From NCBI GenBank assembly GCA_963740925.1, contig CAVUFZ010000003.1:337605-401604 (forward strand): a stretch of 64,000 nt of DNA, read 5' to 3'. Position 1 is the stretch's first letter; every line of letters starts with the position of its first letter. Below the pieces are notes generated by a model. It was not told the DNA's origin, searched no databases, and worked only from the letters and a program-made list of their open reading frames with translations. Below, in pieces: positions 9,591 through 19,709 of this stretch. A program made the position numbers and the translations under genes. This DNA is from an uncultured Actinomycetota bacterium (lineage in GTDB: Bacteria; Actinomycetota; Actinomycetes; Propionibacteriales; Propionibacteriaceae).

Positions 9591-10573
9591 CGGCCGGCCC
9601 CGTTCCGGGCCGACGCGGCGCCCGGACCGGCAGCCGAGGCCCGTCCGGAGCCGGTCTGACGGCCCCGGGCACCTCGGGTACGGGACACGATCGAGACCAG
9701 GGCCTCGATCAGGTCGGCGCCGACCTCGACCTGGTGCAGCGGGACGCCGGCCCGCCGGGTGCCGGCGACCAGGGCGGCGTCGCGTTCGTCCACCCCGTCG
9801 CGGAACCGGGCCCGGAACCAGGGGTCGGCCGAATCGACCAGCAACTGCTCGCCGGTCTCGGCGTCCTCGACCACGATCAGACCGACCGCGGGCAGCGCGT
9901 CGTCGGCCCGGTCGGTGACCCGGATCGCCACCACCTCGTTGCCGTAGGCGAGTTTGATCAGCGGCCGTTCCCAGGCGCCGGTGCCGATGAAGTCGGAGAC
10001 GACCACGACCAGCGACCGCCGCGCCAGCGACGAGACCGCGGCGAGCATCGCGGCCAGGTCGGTGGTGGCCCGGGCAGCACCGAGCGGGGCGCGTTCGACC
10101 TCGCGGCCGATCCGCAGCGCCTGTCGCCGGCCCGTCCCGGGCGTGACCACCCGGACGCTGCCGTCGTCGTAGAGCAGCGCCCCGACCCGGTTGCCGCTGC
10201 GGCCGAGCAGCCGGGCCAGCACCAACGCCAACTCGGTGGCCAGCTGCTGCTTGGTCCCGGCGCTTCCCGCACGCGCGGCGCCGTCCTTCTCAGACGCGGG
10301 ATCGTCGGCCATCGAGGCCGACCGGTCGAGCACCAGCCAGGTGGTCAGCTCGCGATCCTCGGTGAACTCGCGCAACTGCGGCTCGTCCAGCCGGGCGGTG
10401 ACGTTCCAGTCGATGTGGCGGGCGTCGTCACCCTCGACGTAGGCCCGCAGCCCGGCGAAGTCGAGCCCGGACCCTCGCCGTGACGTCCGGACCCCGCCCT
10501 GGATCCGGCCGTCCAGACGACGCAACACCGTCCACTCCAGTCGGTGCAGCAGGGCGTCCGGGGCGGTGGTCAC
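9587..10573 (-). CDS. DUF58 domain protein
   Basis: GLDFAGLRAYVEGDDARHIDWNVTAR and LVLDRSASM; ATGA overlap with the next gene. Confidence 0.9.
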   Translation of the reverse strand: MTTAPDALLHRLEWTVLRRLDGRIQGGVRTSRRGSGLDFAGLRAYVEGDDARHIDWNVTARLDEPQLREFTEDRELTTWLVLDRSASMADDPASEKDGAARAGSAGTKQQLATELALVLARLLGRSGNRVGALLYDDGSVRVVTPGTGRRQALRIGREVERAPLGAARATTDLAAMLAAVSSLARRSLVVVVSDFIGTGAWERPLIKLAYGNEVVAIRVTDRADDALPAVGLIVVEDAETGEQLLVDSADPWFRARFRDGVDERDAALVAGTRRAGVPLHQVEVGADLIEALVSIVSRTRGARGRQTGSGRASAAGPGAASARNGAGR

Positions 10574-10613
10574 CGGGGCGTCCCATCGGCCCGGGGGCAG
10601 GTACGGGGGCGGG

Positions 10614-11729
10614 TCACGGTTGCAGCACCACGTCCGGCACCCGGACAGCCCGCAGCACCCGGGTCAGGATCGTGTCGGCGTCGAGGTCGTCGGCGAGTGC
10701 CTCGTAGGAGAGCACCACCCGGTGCCGCAGCACGTCCAGGGCGATCTCGTCCAGATCCTGGGGCAGCACGTAGTCCCGGCCGCGCAGGTAGGCCAGCGCC
10801 CGGCCGCCGAGCACCAGGGCGATGGAGGCACGCGGGCTGGCGCCGTAGGTGACGTAGCGGTCCAGCTCGCCCTGGCCGACCGAGCCCGGCGACCGGGTGG
10901 CCGAGACCAGCCGGACGGCGTAGTCGGTGATCGCCGGGTCGACGTAGATCTCGCTCACCCGGGCCCGCATCGCGATCAGGTCCTGCGGGTTCAGCATCCG
11001 CTGCGGCAACCCGGGCGGGACCAGGGCCCGCTCGACGATGGCGTGCTCCTCGGCCGCGGACGGATAGCCGATCAGCACCTTCATCATGAACCGGTCGACC
11101 TGGGCCTCGGGCAGCGGATAGGTGCCGTCGGACTCGATCGGGTTCTGGGTGGCCATCACCAGGAACGGATCGGGGACGCGGTGGGTCTCGCGACCGATGG
11201 TGACCTGCCGCTCGGCCATCACCTCCAGCAGTGCGCTCTGCACCTTGGCCGGCGCCCGGTTGATCTCGTCGGCCAGCAACAGGTTGGCGAACACCGGGCC
11301 CAGCGTGATCTCGAACTCACCGGTCCGCTGGTGGTAGACCCGGGTGCCGACCAGATCGGCCGGCACCAGATCGGGGGTGAACTGGATCCGCTGGAACTGC
11401 CCGCCGATCGCGTCGGCCAGCGACTTGACCGCCAGGGTCTTGGCCAGGCCGGGGACGCCCTCGACCAGCAGGTGCCCGCCGGCCAGCATGGCCACGGCCA
11501 TCCGCTCCAGCAGCACGTCCTGGCCGACGATGACCCGCTTGACCTCGAACAGCACCTGCTCCAACGGGCTGCCCGCAGGCCGGCCGGGTTGTCCGGGTCG
11601 GCCGCCGGCGGGGGCCGTCGGGCCGGTGTGAGCGCCCCGGTGCCGGTCGTCCGACCGGGCCTCGAATCCCGCCCGGGACCAGACCGACTCCGGGCCCTGC
11701 GGGCCCCCCGACTCGCTACCTGACCTCAC
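10614..11729 (-). CDS. MoxR family AAA+ ATPase
   Basis: Walker A EGVPGLAKT, RIQFTPDLVPAD, Walker B LLADEINRAPAKVQSALLEVM and GASPRAS. Confidence 0.95.
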   Translation of the reverse strand: MRSGSESGGPQGPESVWSRAGFEARSDDRHRGAHTGPTAPAGGRPGQPGRPAGSPLEQVLFEVKRVIVGQDVLLERMAVAMLAGGHLLVEGVPGLAKTLAVKSLADAIGGQFQRIQFTPDLVPADLVGTRVYHQRTGEFEITLGPVFANLLLADEINRAPAKVQSALLEVMAERQVTIGRETHRVPDPFLVMATQNPIESDGTYPLPEAQVDRFMMKVLIGYPSAAEEHAIVERALVPPGLPQRMLNPQDLIAMRARVSEIYVDPAITDYAVRLVSATRSPGSVGQGELDRYVTYGASPRASIALVLGGRALAYLRGRDYVLPQDLDEIALDVLRHRVVLSYEALADDLDADTILTRVLRAVRVPDVVLQP

Positions 11730-12808
11730 AGCTGTGGTCCTCCTCCTGCTCCGGTCCCGTCGCCACCGCCCAGTGCGGAGCCGATCGGGACGGCGAACCC
11801 GATCCCGGCGAACGCGTCGTCCGCGCCCGGGTCGGCGATCGACAACACCACGCCGATCAGGTTGCCGTGGTCGTCCAACAGCGGGCCGCCGGAACTTCCC
11901 GGGTTGACCGACGCGTCGAACTGGATCAGGCCGGTGATCGTGCCGGCGCTGGTCTTGTTGGTCCGGCCCAGACCGGAGACGACCCCGGTCGAGGTGCTGT
12001 CCCGCAGGCCGAGCGGGTTGCCGATCGCCACCACGTCAGCACCGACGGCCGCACCGCCCCCGACCGTCGCCGCGACGACGACCTCGGGCAGCTCGGCCGG
12101 CACCAGGGTCGCGGTGTCGGTGGCGGTGCTGCGGCTCTGGACCTTCGCGGTGGTCTTGGTGCCGTCGGCGAACTGCACGCTCACCTGTCCGCCGCCGGAG
12201 ATGACGTGGTTCGCGGTCAGGATGGTGCCGGTGTCGGTGACCACCGTGCCCGAGCCGAGCGAGCCCCTGGAGGTGGTGATCAGGACGACCGAGGGAGCCA
12301 GCCGTTGGTACAGCTCGGTGGTGGGCAGCGGTGTCGCGCCGGCCCGGGCCGACGAGGACGCCTCCGACGGGTTCGGCGACGAGGTGGAGCCGGCCGCGGG
12401 ATCGGAAGCCCGGGTCGAGCCGAGCCGGAAGGCCAGCACGGCGATGACCACGATCGCCACCACCAGCACCCCGCCGGCCGCGATCAGCCAGCGCCAGGAC
12501 GCCGACCGGGCGGGACGGAGCTGAGCAGTCGGTGTGCCGGCGGGGACGTCGGCGTCCGGCTCGGCCCGCCGGCGGGTCGCCGGCGGCGGTCCGCCCTGCA
12601 GCACCTCGGCGTTCGCGGACGCGGGCGGGGTCGGCGATCCGGGTGCCGATGATCCGGGTGCCGATGATCCGGGCGCCGATGATCCGGCGGCCCGGGGGCC
12701 GAAGCGGTCGGTCGGCCCGTCCGGGCCGCTCACGTCCTGGACCGGTACGTCCTCGTCCGGCCGGGGCGCACGGAAGCCACGCTCGCGTCCGCCGCCGGAG
12801 CCGTCCAT
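11726..12808 (-). CDS. membrane-anchored S1C (trypsin-like/HtrA-type) serine protease without PDZ domain
   Basis: Single TM; catalytic triad ILTANHV, D(T)A and NPGSSGGPL; ORF ends shortly after the protease domain. Confidence 0.85.
   Translation of the reverse strand: MDGSGGGRERGFRAPRPDEDVPVQDVSGPDGPTDRFGPRAAGSSAPGSSAPGSSAPGSPTPPASANAEVLQGGPPPATRRRAEPDADVPAGTPTAQLRPARSASWRWLIAAGGVLVVAIVVIAVLAFRLGSTRASDPAAGSTSSPNPSEASSSARAGATPLPTTELYQRLAPSVVLITTSRGSLGSGTVVTDTGTILTANHVISGGGQVSVQFADGTKTTAKVQSRSTATDTATLVPAELPEVVVAATVGGGAAVGADVVAIGNPLGLRDSTSTGVVSGLGRTNKTSAGTITGLIQFDASVNPGSSGGPLLDDHGNLIGVVLSIADPGADDAFAGIGFAVPIGSALGGGDGTGAGGGPQL
12636..12687. repeat. 15-bp coding tandem repeat (SSAPG x3.5)
   Basis: gatccgggtgccgat repeated in frame within the protease N-terminus. 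Confidence 0.85.
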
Positions 12809-12887
12809 AGCGGAAGCTTAGAGAGCGTTCCTAGCAGTGGGCTGTGAGTCCTCGTCGCCGCCCTGCCCGGGAGCGAACACACACCGC

Positions 12888-13640
12888 TCAGAGATAGGGG
12901 TCGGCCCAGGCGCTGATCACCCGGCCGGCGCGGGCGGCCTGGCGCCGTTGGGTCAGCAGATGGTCGGCCCCCTCCAGCGAGACGAAGCTGCGCGGGTGCC
13001 GGGCGGCCTGGAAGATCAGGCTGGCGTTGAGGATGCCGACGGTGTTGTCGGTCGGTGAGTGCAGCACCAGCAACGCCCGGTGCAACGTCCGGATCCGTTG
13101 CCGCAGATCCACCGAACGGACGTCGGTGATGAAGTGCCGGCGCAACGTGAGGGCCTTGCCGCCGATCAGGAACGGCGCCTCCCCCTCGGCCATGATCTTC
13201 TCCACCAGGGCGTCGTAGTTGTGCTCGACGTGGGCCGGTTCGAACGGTGAGGCGACCGAGGCGACCGCACGGATCTCGTCCAGTTCGCCCGCCGCCGCGA
13301 TCGCCGCCGCCCCGCCGAAGGAGTGACCCACCAGCAGCCGGACCGGATAGCCCGCATCGATCATGAACCGGACGGCCCGGACGGTGTCGGCCACCTTGCG
13401 CGAGAACGACCCGTCACCCCAGTCACCCTCGGAGTCACCGAGGCCGAGGTTGTCGAAGCGCAGCATCCCGATCCCGTCGCGGGCCAACTGCTTGCAGATC
13501 CGGCTCGCGGCCGGGGAGTCCTTGCTGAGGGTGAACCCGTGCGCGAACACGCCCCAGCCCCGGACGTCCCCCTCGGGCTCGTCGATCAGCCCGGCCAGCT
13601 GTTCGCCGCCGGCGGAGGTGAACCGCACCTGAGTGGCCAT
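12888..13640 (-). CDS. alpha/beta hydrolase (OsmC-associated N-terminal type)
   Basis: FAHGFT, nucleophile GHSFGG, LHSPTDNTV and HPRSFVSLEGADHLL. Confidence 0.88.
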   Translation of the reverse strand: MATQVRFTSAGGEQLAGLIDEPEGDVRGWGVFAHGFTLSKDSPAASRICKQLARDGIGMLRFDNLGLGDSEGDWGDGSFSRKVADTVRAVRFMIDAGYPVRLLVGHSFGGAAAIAAAGELDEIRAVASVASPFEPAHVEHNYDALVEKIMAEGEAPFLIGGKALTLRRHFITDVRSVDLRQRIRTLHRALLVLHSPTDNTVGILNASLIFQAARHPRSFVSLEGADHLLTQRRQAARAGRVISAWADPYL

Positions 13641-13696
13641 TGATCGACTCTTCTCTCTCCGGGCTCACTTGTGTCCGGGCTCAGCTGGATCCGGGC

Positions 13697-15326
13697 TCAG
13701 CGAGCGACGTCGGGATCGCTGAGCACGACGGTGGCCCGGCCGGACTGGTCGGGGCTGGTCAGCGCCGCGGCGGTCAGCCCGGCCACCGAATCCTGGTCTG
13801 AGGACTCGGTCACCCCGGCGTAGATCTCGGCGCCGGTGGGCGCCTTCAGCGTCAGGTAGGCCGGGGCGGGCTGGGTCAGCTGCCGACCGGCCGTCGAATG
13901 CGGCGCGATCGGGATGTCCTCGGTGTAGAGGCTGACCCCGTTCAGGTCGAACAGCCCCAGGCTGACGGTGACCGAGCGGGAGCCCGCGTTGCTGACGGCA
14001 AGTTGGTTGGTCGCCTGGTCGGCGATGGCCAGCGGCGCCAGGGCGAGTGGTCCGAGCTCGGGTTGGGCGGTGGAGACGGCGAGATCCTCACCGGAGTCGG
14101 TGCTCTGCGAGATCGACCGGACGGCGGCCGTCACCGGTTGGTCGCTGGTCAGCTCGACGGTGCCGAGTTGTCCGGCCAGCCCGTCGGTGACGTCGATGCT
14201 GGTGGTGCTCTGGGCGGGCACCGCAACCGTCGAGGCGCCGGCCGGGGCGAAGGCGCCGTCCGGTCCGAGGATCTGGAGCGTCACGGTGGCCCGGCTCAGA
14301 CCGGGGTTGACCAGGTGCAGGGTCCGGCTGCCCTTACCGCCGGGGACGCCGGGGACGATCTGGCGGGTCGCCGGGGCGGCCGAGCCGGGATGGAAATCGA
14401 TGCCGCCCGGGTCGGCCCCGCTGGTGCGGATGTCCTCGGCCATGATGCCGACCCGCCCGGTACTGGCACGGACCTCGACGGCGATCGACCCGGCGGTGTC
14501 GATCAGGTCGGCCAGCGAGATCGTCCGGGAGCCGTCGGCCGGTACGGTCAGCCCGGACGCGCCGGCCGCGGCGACCGGGCCGTCCTCGCCGTAGATCCGC
14601 AGGTCGACGATCGCGTCGACGGCGTCGGGATTGGTCAGGGTGATGTTGCTCCGCAGAGCGCTGGTGCCACCCAGGCCGGTCAGCCACTGGTCGACCCCCG
14701 GCACCACGCAGGGGCCGAGTTCGAGACCGCGGTTCTGGCCGCTCTCGGAGCGCTGGTAGATCACTCCCGCGCTGTCGTCGGACATCGCGCCCTCGGCGTT
14801 CAGGACCAACGACGACTGCGGTGAGCGCAGCAGCTTTCCGCTGCCGCGGGTGGTGAGATCGATCACCGGCGAGCTGTCGGTGCCGCCCATCCGGGACGCC
14901 TGCAGGGTGCCGTCGCCGTCGCTGCCCTCGCGGGCGTTGACCGCGACCACCGAGAGGTTCTCGGGCTCACCCGCCGGGGTGGACGGGGTGGCTGAGGCGG
15001 ATCCGGACGGGGACGACGAACCCGACGGGGACGCCGAACCGGACGGGGTGGACGTCGGGCTCGAGCCCGGATCGGTAGCCGGGCCGGGAGGGGTCGGCCG
15101 GGCTCGGCGAGGTGGCGGAGCCGGTGGACGGGTCGGTGGTGTCCTCACCGGGCAGGATGCAGACCGAGCTGGTCCGTCCGAGACCGGGGGCCAGCGGCTG
15201 TGGCCCGGCCGCGGTCTGCACCGGCAACCGTGAGCCGCCGAGGGCGATGGCGGCGACGACCACGGCGGCGACCGGGGCCGCGATCCATCCCGCCCGGCTC
15301 CGGCCGGACCCGCGTCCGGCCCTCAT
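13697..15326 (-). pseudogene. DUF5719 family secreted/anchored protein, split by a +1 frameshift (real or sequencing error)
   Basis: ATG 15326 (ATGA overlap with the upstream GT2) starts MRAG...WIAAPVAAVVVAAIAL; frame changes at ~15086-15093; downstream frame has LTNPDAVDAIVDLRIYGEDGP and LVNPG repeats. Confidence 0.75.
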
Positions 15327-18300
15327 CGTGTCCCTCCTGCGTTGTCGTCGGAGGTGGCCACCCGACGCGCGCTGCGGGTCGGATCCCTGACCTCCGGCCG
15401 ACGGATCCCGGGGGCGGCCAGCACCGCGGCGATCAGCAGCACGGCGATCTGGACCAGGCCGTACCAGCGCTCGTGGTCGACCAACTGCCACTGCACGAAC
15501 CCGCCGGAGGCCGGCAACTGATAGCTCTGTTGCCAGTCGTCGTCGACGCTGGGCACCAGCGGCACCCCGTTCAGGGTGGCCCGCCACCGCGGGTCCTTGG
15601 CCTCCCCCAGCCGCAGCGTGCGGCTCAGGGCGCTGGAGCCGATCTGCTGACCGCTCCGGTCGTTCAGCACGGTGGTCTGCTCACCGGAGACGATCCGCAC
15701 CCGCCCGGTCGGTTCGGCCAGTTGCCAGACCGTGCTGATCGCGTTGCCGCTGGCGGTGGCCAGACCGGGCGTGTTGCTGATCCGCGACCGCGCGTCCGCG
15801 TCGGCGCCGGTCACCCAGATGTAGTTGATGCCGAGGTCGGAGAGCTGGGTCGCGATGTCCTCGTCCCCGGTGCCCGAGGTGAGCCGGCCGACGAGGGAGG
15901 CGACCTCACTGCGGGCCTGGTCCGAGCCGCCGAAGGTGAAACCGCGATCGGCGTCGCCGAGGCGGAGTTGGTCGGCGTCGACCACGCTGTAGTGCACGGT
16001 GGTTCCGCCCAGGTCGACGGCCAGCGTGCGGACCGCCGTCGGCGACTGCTGCGCGTTCAGCACGTAGGGCGGGATGGCGGCGAGATCGGTGGTCCGGATC
16101 GGCCCGGCGCCGCCGGCGAGCACCCACCAGCCGGCCCCGAGCAGGCTCACCGCACCGACGATCACGGTCATCAGTACCGCCAGCGGCTGCAGCACCGAGA
16201 AGCTCTGCCGGCCGAGTTCGCGGGTCAGCCCGTCCACGCCGATCCCGCCGGCCAGGATCAGCGCACCGAAGCCGAGCAGCAGATAGCCGCCGACCTCGGG
16301 CCGGGTCGGGGCGCCCAGCGGCTCGGCGACCACCACCAGCCGGGACAGTCCGACGGCGGCGGCCAGGCTGAGCAGGGCGACCAGCCAGCCGCCGATCACC
16401 GCCCGCCGGGCGCCGCTGCGGATCAGGCCGATCAGGGCGACCAGCCAGATCGCCCCGAAGACCAGCGCGTCGACCCACAGCGGCGGCAGACCGGTGCCAC
16501 CCGGCCGGCCGAGCAGGAACTCCCACGGCGGGGCGTCCCGCACGGTGCCGTTCAGGGCGGCGTCCGGACCGAGCAGCAGACCTCGCCACCGGGTGAGGAT
16601 GCCGGGCCACCAGGACGCCCAGACCAGCAGCGGGATCGCCAGCGCGATGCCCAGCCGGCCGATCTTGCGGCCGCGACGGGCCACGGTCAACGCCGCCGCC
16701 AGCGCCAGCAGCACCGCCAACGCCATCATCGACGGCGCGAACGCGACCACCACGGTGAGCGCCAGACCGGCCCCCCAGGCGCCTCGCCACGCCTCCGGGT
16801 TACCGGCCCGGCGCAGCACCAGGCCACGGACCGAGAGCACCAGCAGCGGCAACACCAGGGCGAGCACGCTGAGGCTCAACCGGCCCTGGTTGGTGCCGCC
16901 GAGCAGAGCGGGCAGCAGGGCGTAGCTGACGGCCACCCAGAGCCGGAAGCGGCGACCGGCGATGGTGGCCCGGACCAGCGGATAGACGGCGAGCAGGGCC
17001 AACGGGACGACCGCGATCACCAGCACCCGGGCGAACCACTCCGGTTGCCCGGCGAGCACGCTGGAGCCGAGCGCGACCAGGCCCAGCCACGGGGTCTGGC
17101 CGGCCTCGGGGGCGCCGGGCACCGGGTCGAGGAAGGCACCCCAGGAGGCGGCGAGGGTGCTCGGGCTGGGCAGCAGGAACTGGCTCGCCAGCGATCCGGC
17201 ACCGAGGAGCCGGCGGGCGGTGACCAGGCAGGCGACGACCGAGACGGCGACCGCGATCACGATCGGTGAGGTCCACGGGCTGCGGCGGACGTCCTCGCCG
17301 GTGCTGGACAGCTCGTCGCTGGTCAGCTCGTCCAGGGTGGCGGCCTCGGCCTGGCCGGCGATCGCGCTGTAACGGTTGCTGATCGCACCGCTGACCGCTT
17401 CCAGCGAGCCGCGGAGCCCCGCCCACCACGGCGGACGCAGGGTGGCGACCCGCTGCCGGTCCTGCGGCGTCGGGGTGACCCTGTGCAGCCGGTGCCGGAC
17501 CCGGAGGACCCGGCGCGGGTGCAGCACGAAACCGGTGACGGCGCCGAGCTCGTCCCAGGCCCGGCCGGGGGCCTTGCCGACGAGATAGCCGACGGTGCGG
17601 ACCAGACTGCCGAGCACGAGCCGCAGCCAGAAGAGCGGATAGGTCACGGTCCGGGCGTGGGCCGCGACCAGCACCAGGCCGAGTTCGCGGTCGACCCGGC
17701 CCGGTCGGCGTCGGGCGAACCCGGAGGGACGCAGGCCGGCGCGGCCGACGTGGCGGTGGGTCATCCGCGCCGCCGGCGTGGTCACCACCCGGTAGCCGGC
17801 CAGTTGGGCTCGCCAACCGAACTCGAGCCCGTCGCGGAGCCCCGGGACGGCCGGATCGAAGCCACCGAGCCGATCCCAGACCGTCCGCCGGACCAACATG
17901 CCGCAACTCGAGACGGCCAGCCGGGCCGCCGGTTCGTCGCGTTGGCCCTGGTCGATCTCGCCGGACTCCAACCCGAGTTCGCGCCGGCCACTGCCGCTGA
18001 TCGACAGCCCGATCTCACTCAGCTCCGGCGGTCGGTCGCGTCCCTGCGGGCGGAGCAGCTTCGGCCCGGTCACGTCGATGCTCGGATCGACGGCGACGTG
18101 GGCGAGCAACTGGGCCAACGCGTCCGGCGCCGGGGCGGCGTCGTCGTGCAGCAGCCAGAGCCACTCCTCGAGGTCGTCGCCGGTCGGCCGTCCGCTCGAG
18201 GGCGTCGCCGGTCTGGCCGTCCTGCTCGAGGGCGTCGCCGGTCTGCCCGTCCTGCTCGAGGGCGTAGACCAGGGCGTCACCGAAGCCGAAGTCGCGTTCG

Positions 18301-18863
18301 CCGGGATAGACGTGATCGAGGACGCCGTCGGCGCAGGCCTCGGCCAGCATCGCCGCACTACCGTCGGTGCTGGCGTTGTCGATGGCGATGACCCGGGCCG
18401 GAGCGACGTCGAGATCGGCCAACCCGGAAAGCGCCTCCGGCAGCCAGCGCTGACCCTGATGACTGACCAGGACGGCGGTCACCCGCAACTGCGAGACGTC
18501 GGTCGTCTCGGGATCAGGGGCCTGGCTGGCCCAGGCCCAGGGATCGTCGGCGGCGACGTCGTCGTCGGGCCGCGGGCCGAGTTCGAGGGCCTGGATCTCG
18601 TCGGCACTCGGATCGTCGAACGGGCTCGGCGAGGCGGCCGGATTCCGACGCCGGCCCCGCGGCGGCGGACCGGAACGAGCAGACCCCGGTCTCGCCGCCG
18701 ACTGCTCCGGCCCGCTCCGGGCGGTCGCTTCGACCTCGCTCGGAGAGTCGGCGTGCGTGCTCAGGGTCTCGTCCTCACAGTGGGTGTCGGTTCCTCGGAC
18801 CGTCCTGGCCAGGGGCGATCCGGCCCCGGACGTGCCGAAGGGCGCTCCGTGGAGCGCCCTCAA
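15323..18863 (-). pseudogene. large GT2 glycosyltransferase with multi-TM C-terminal domain, frameshifted (real or sequencing error); true start uncertain (CTG 18764 possible)
   Basis: Frame 1 has VTAVLVSHQGQRWL, IAIDNASTDGS and GFGDAL; frame 2 continues EWLWLLHDDAAPAPDAL...GPKL; the break lies in a 30-bp repeat at 18176-18263. Confidence 0.8.
18176..18263. repeat. 30-bp tandem repeat (ALEQDGQTGD), third copy 28 bp
   Basis: Copies at 18234-18263 and 18204-18233, plus degenerate copy 18176-18203 lacking two single bases. Confidence 0.9.
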
Positions 18864-19018
18864 CTGTAGGCGAGGTCACCGACAGACACCATCGTGACGC
18901 TGCTCGCCCGCTCGACAGCCCCCGGCTCTGCCGGCTCGATCCGGCGCGAGGAACTGGCGCGACGACCTGGCGCGCAGGCCGACAACGGGATCAGACGACG
19001 CGAAGGCCGTCGACGGGA

Positions 19019-19444
19019 TCAGACGGCGCGCTTCTTCAGCTTCCGCCGCTCACGCTCGCTGAGCCCACCCCAGATCCCGAACCGCTCGTCCTTGGCCAAG
19101 GCGTACTCCAGGCATTCGGACCGGACGTCGCAGGACAGGCAGACCTTCTTGGCCTCGCGGGTCGACCCACCCTTCTCGGGGAAGAAGGCCTCCGGATCGG
19201 TCTGGGCGCAGAGGGCACGTTCCTGCCAGCTCAGAACGCCGTCGTCCGACTCCCACATCTCTTCGAACTCTTCCACGGCTGACGCCTCCTCGACCCGATC
19301 GTGTGCGTGTGCTGAGCCGTCAGCCAACCGGCCCGGACCACCATCGGGGGCTCCCGCGAGCAGGGATTCGCGGTCCCCGGGGAGCGGCTCGAACGTGACC
19401 GGTCGCCGAGTCCCGGCATCCCGCAACTCAACAGCGAACGACAT
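19019..19444 (-). CDS. whiB: WhiB family Fe-S transcription factor (WhiB2/WhmD orthologue); alternative start GTG 19276
   Basis: WQERALCAQTDPEAFFPEKGGSTREAKKVCLSCDVRSECLEYAL..DERFGIWGGLSERERRKL: four Cys plus the GIWGG turn. Confidence 0.96.
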   Translation of the reverse strand: MSFAVELRDAGTRRPVTFEPLPGDRESLLAGAPDGGPGRLADGSAHAHDRVEEASAVEEFEEMWESDDGVLSWQERALCAQTDPEAFFPEKGGSTREAKKVCLSCDVRSECLEYALAKDERFGIWGGLSERERRKLKKRAV

Positions 19445-19451
19445 GGGTGAA

Positions 19452-19481
19452 ATTACATGCCTGTTGGTAGGCCCACGTCAA
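19452..19481 (-). promoter_or_regulatory. whiB promoter TTGACG-N18-TGTAAT
   Basis: -35 at 19476-19481, -10 at 19452-19457, 7 nt upstream of ATG 19444. Confidence 0.7.
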
Positions 19482-19709
19482 GTGCCGGACCGTTATTGGA
19501 CGGCCATATCAGCACGTCAGCCGAGGATGAGGCATGGGTGTTTCCGGCGGCTGTCGCAGCGCGCCCGGCGGTTCTCAGGACGCGAACGGCGCTTCGACCC
19601 ACCCCGCGAACCGCGATTCGATCTCGCCCCGCGAACCGTGCTTCAACCCCGGCTCACGAACGTCGGTTCGACTCCGGCCCGCGAACCGTGGTTCGACCTC
19701 ACGCGACGA

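Noticed and set aside
7458-9659. 733-aa + strand ORF, and similar long overlapping ORFs at 15200-17269, 42695-44500, 51953-54352 and 33813-35468
   Set aside because: Antisense or alternative frames of well-supported genes, expected from stop-codon scarcity at high GC.
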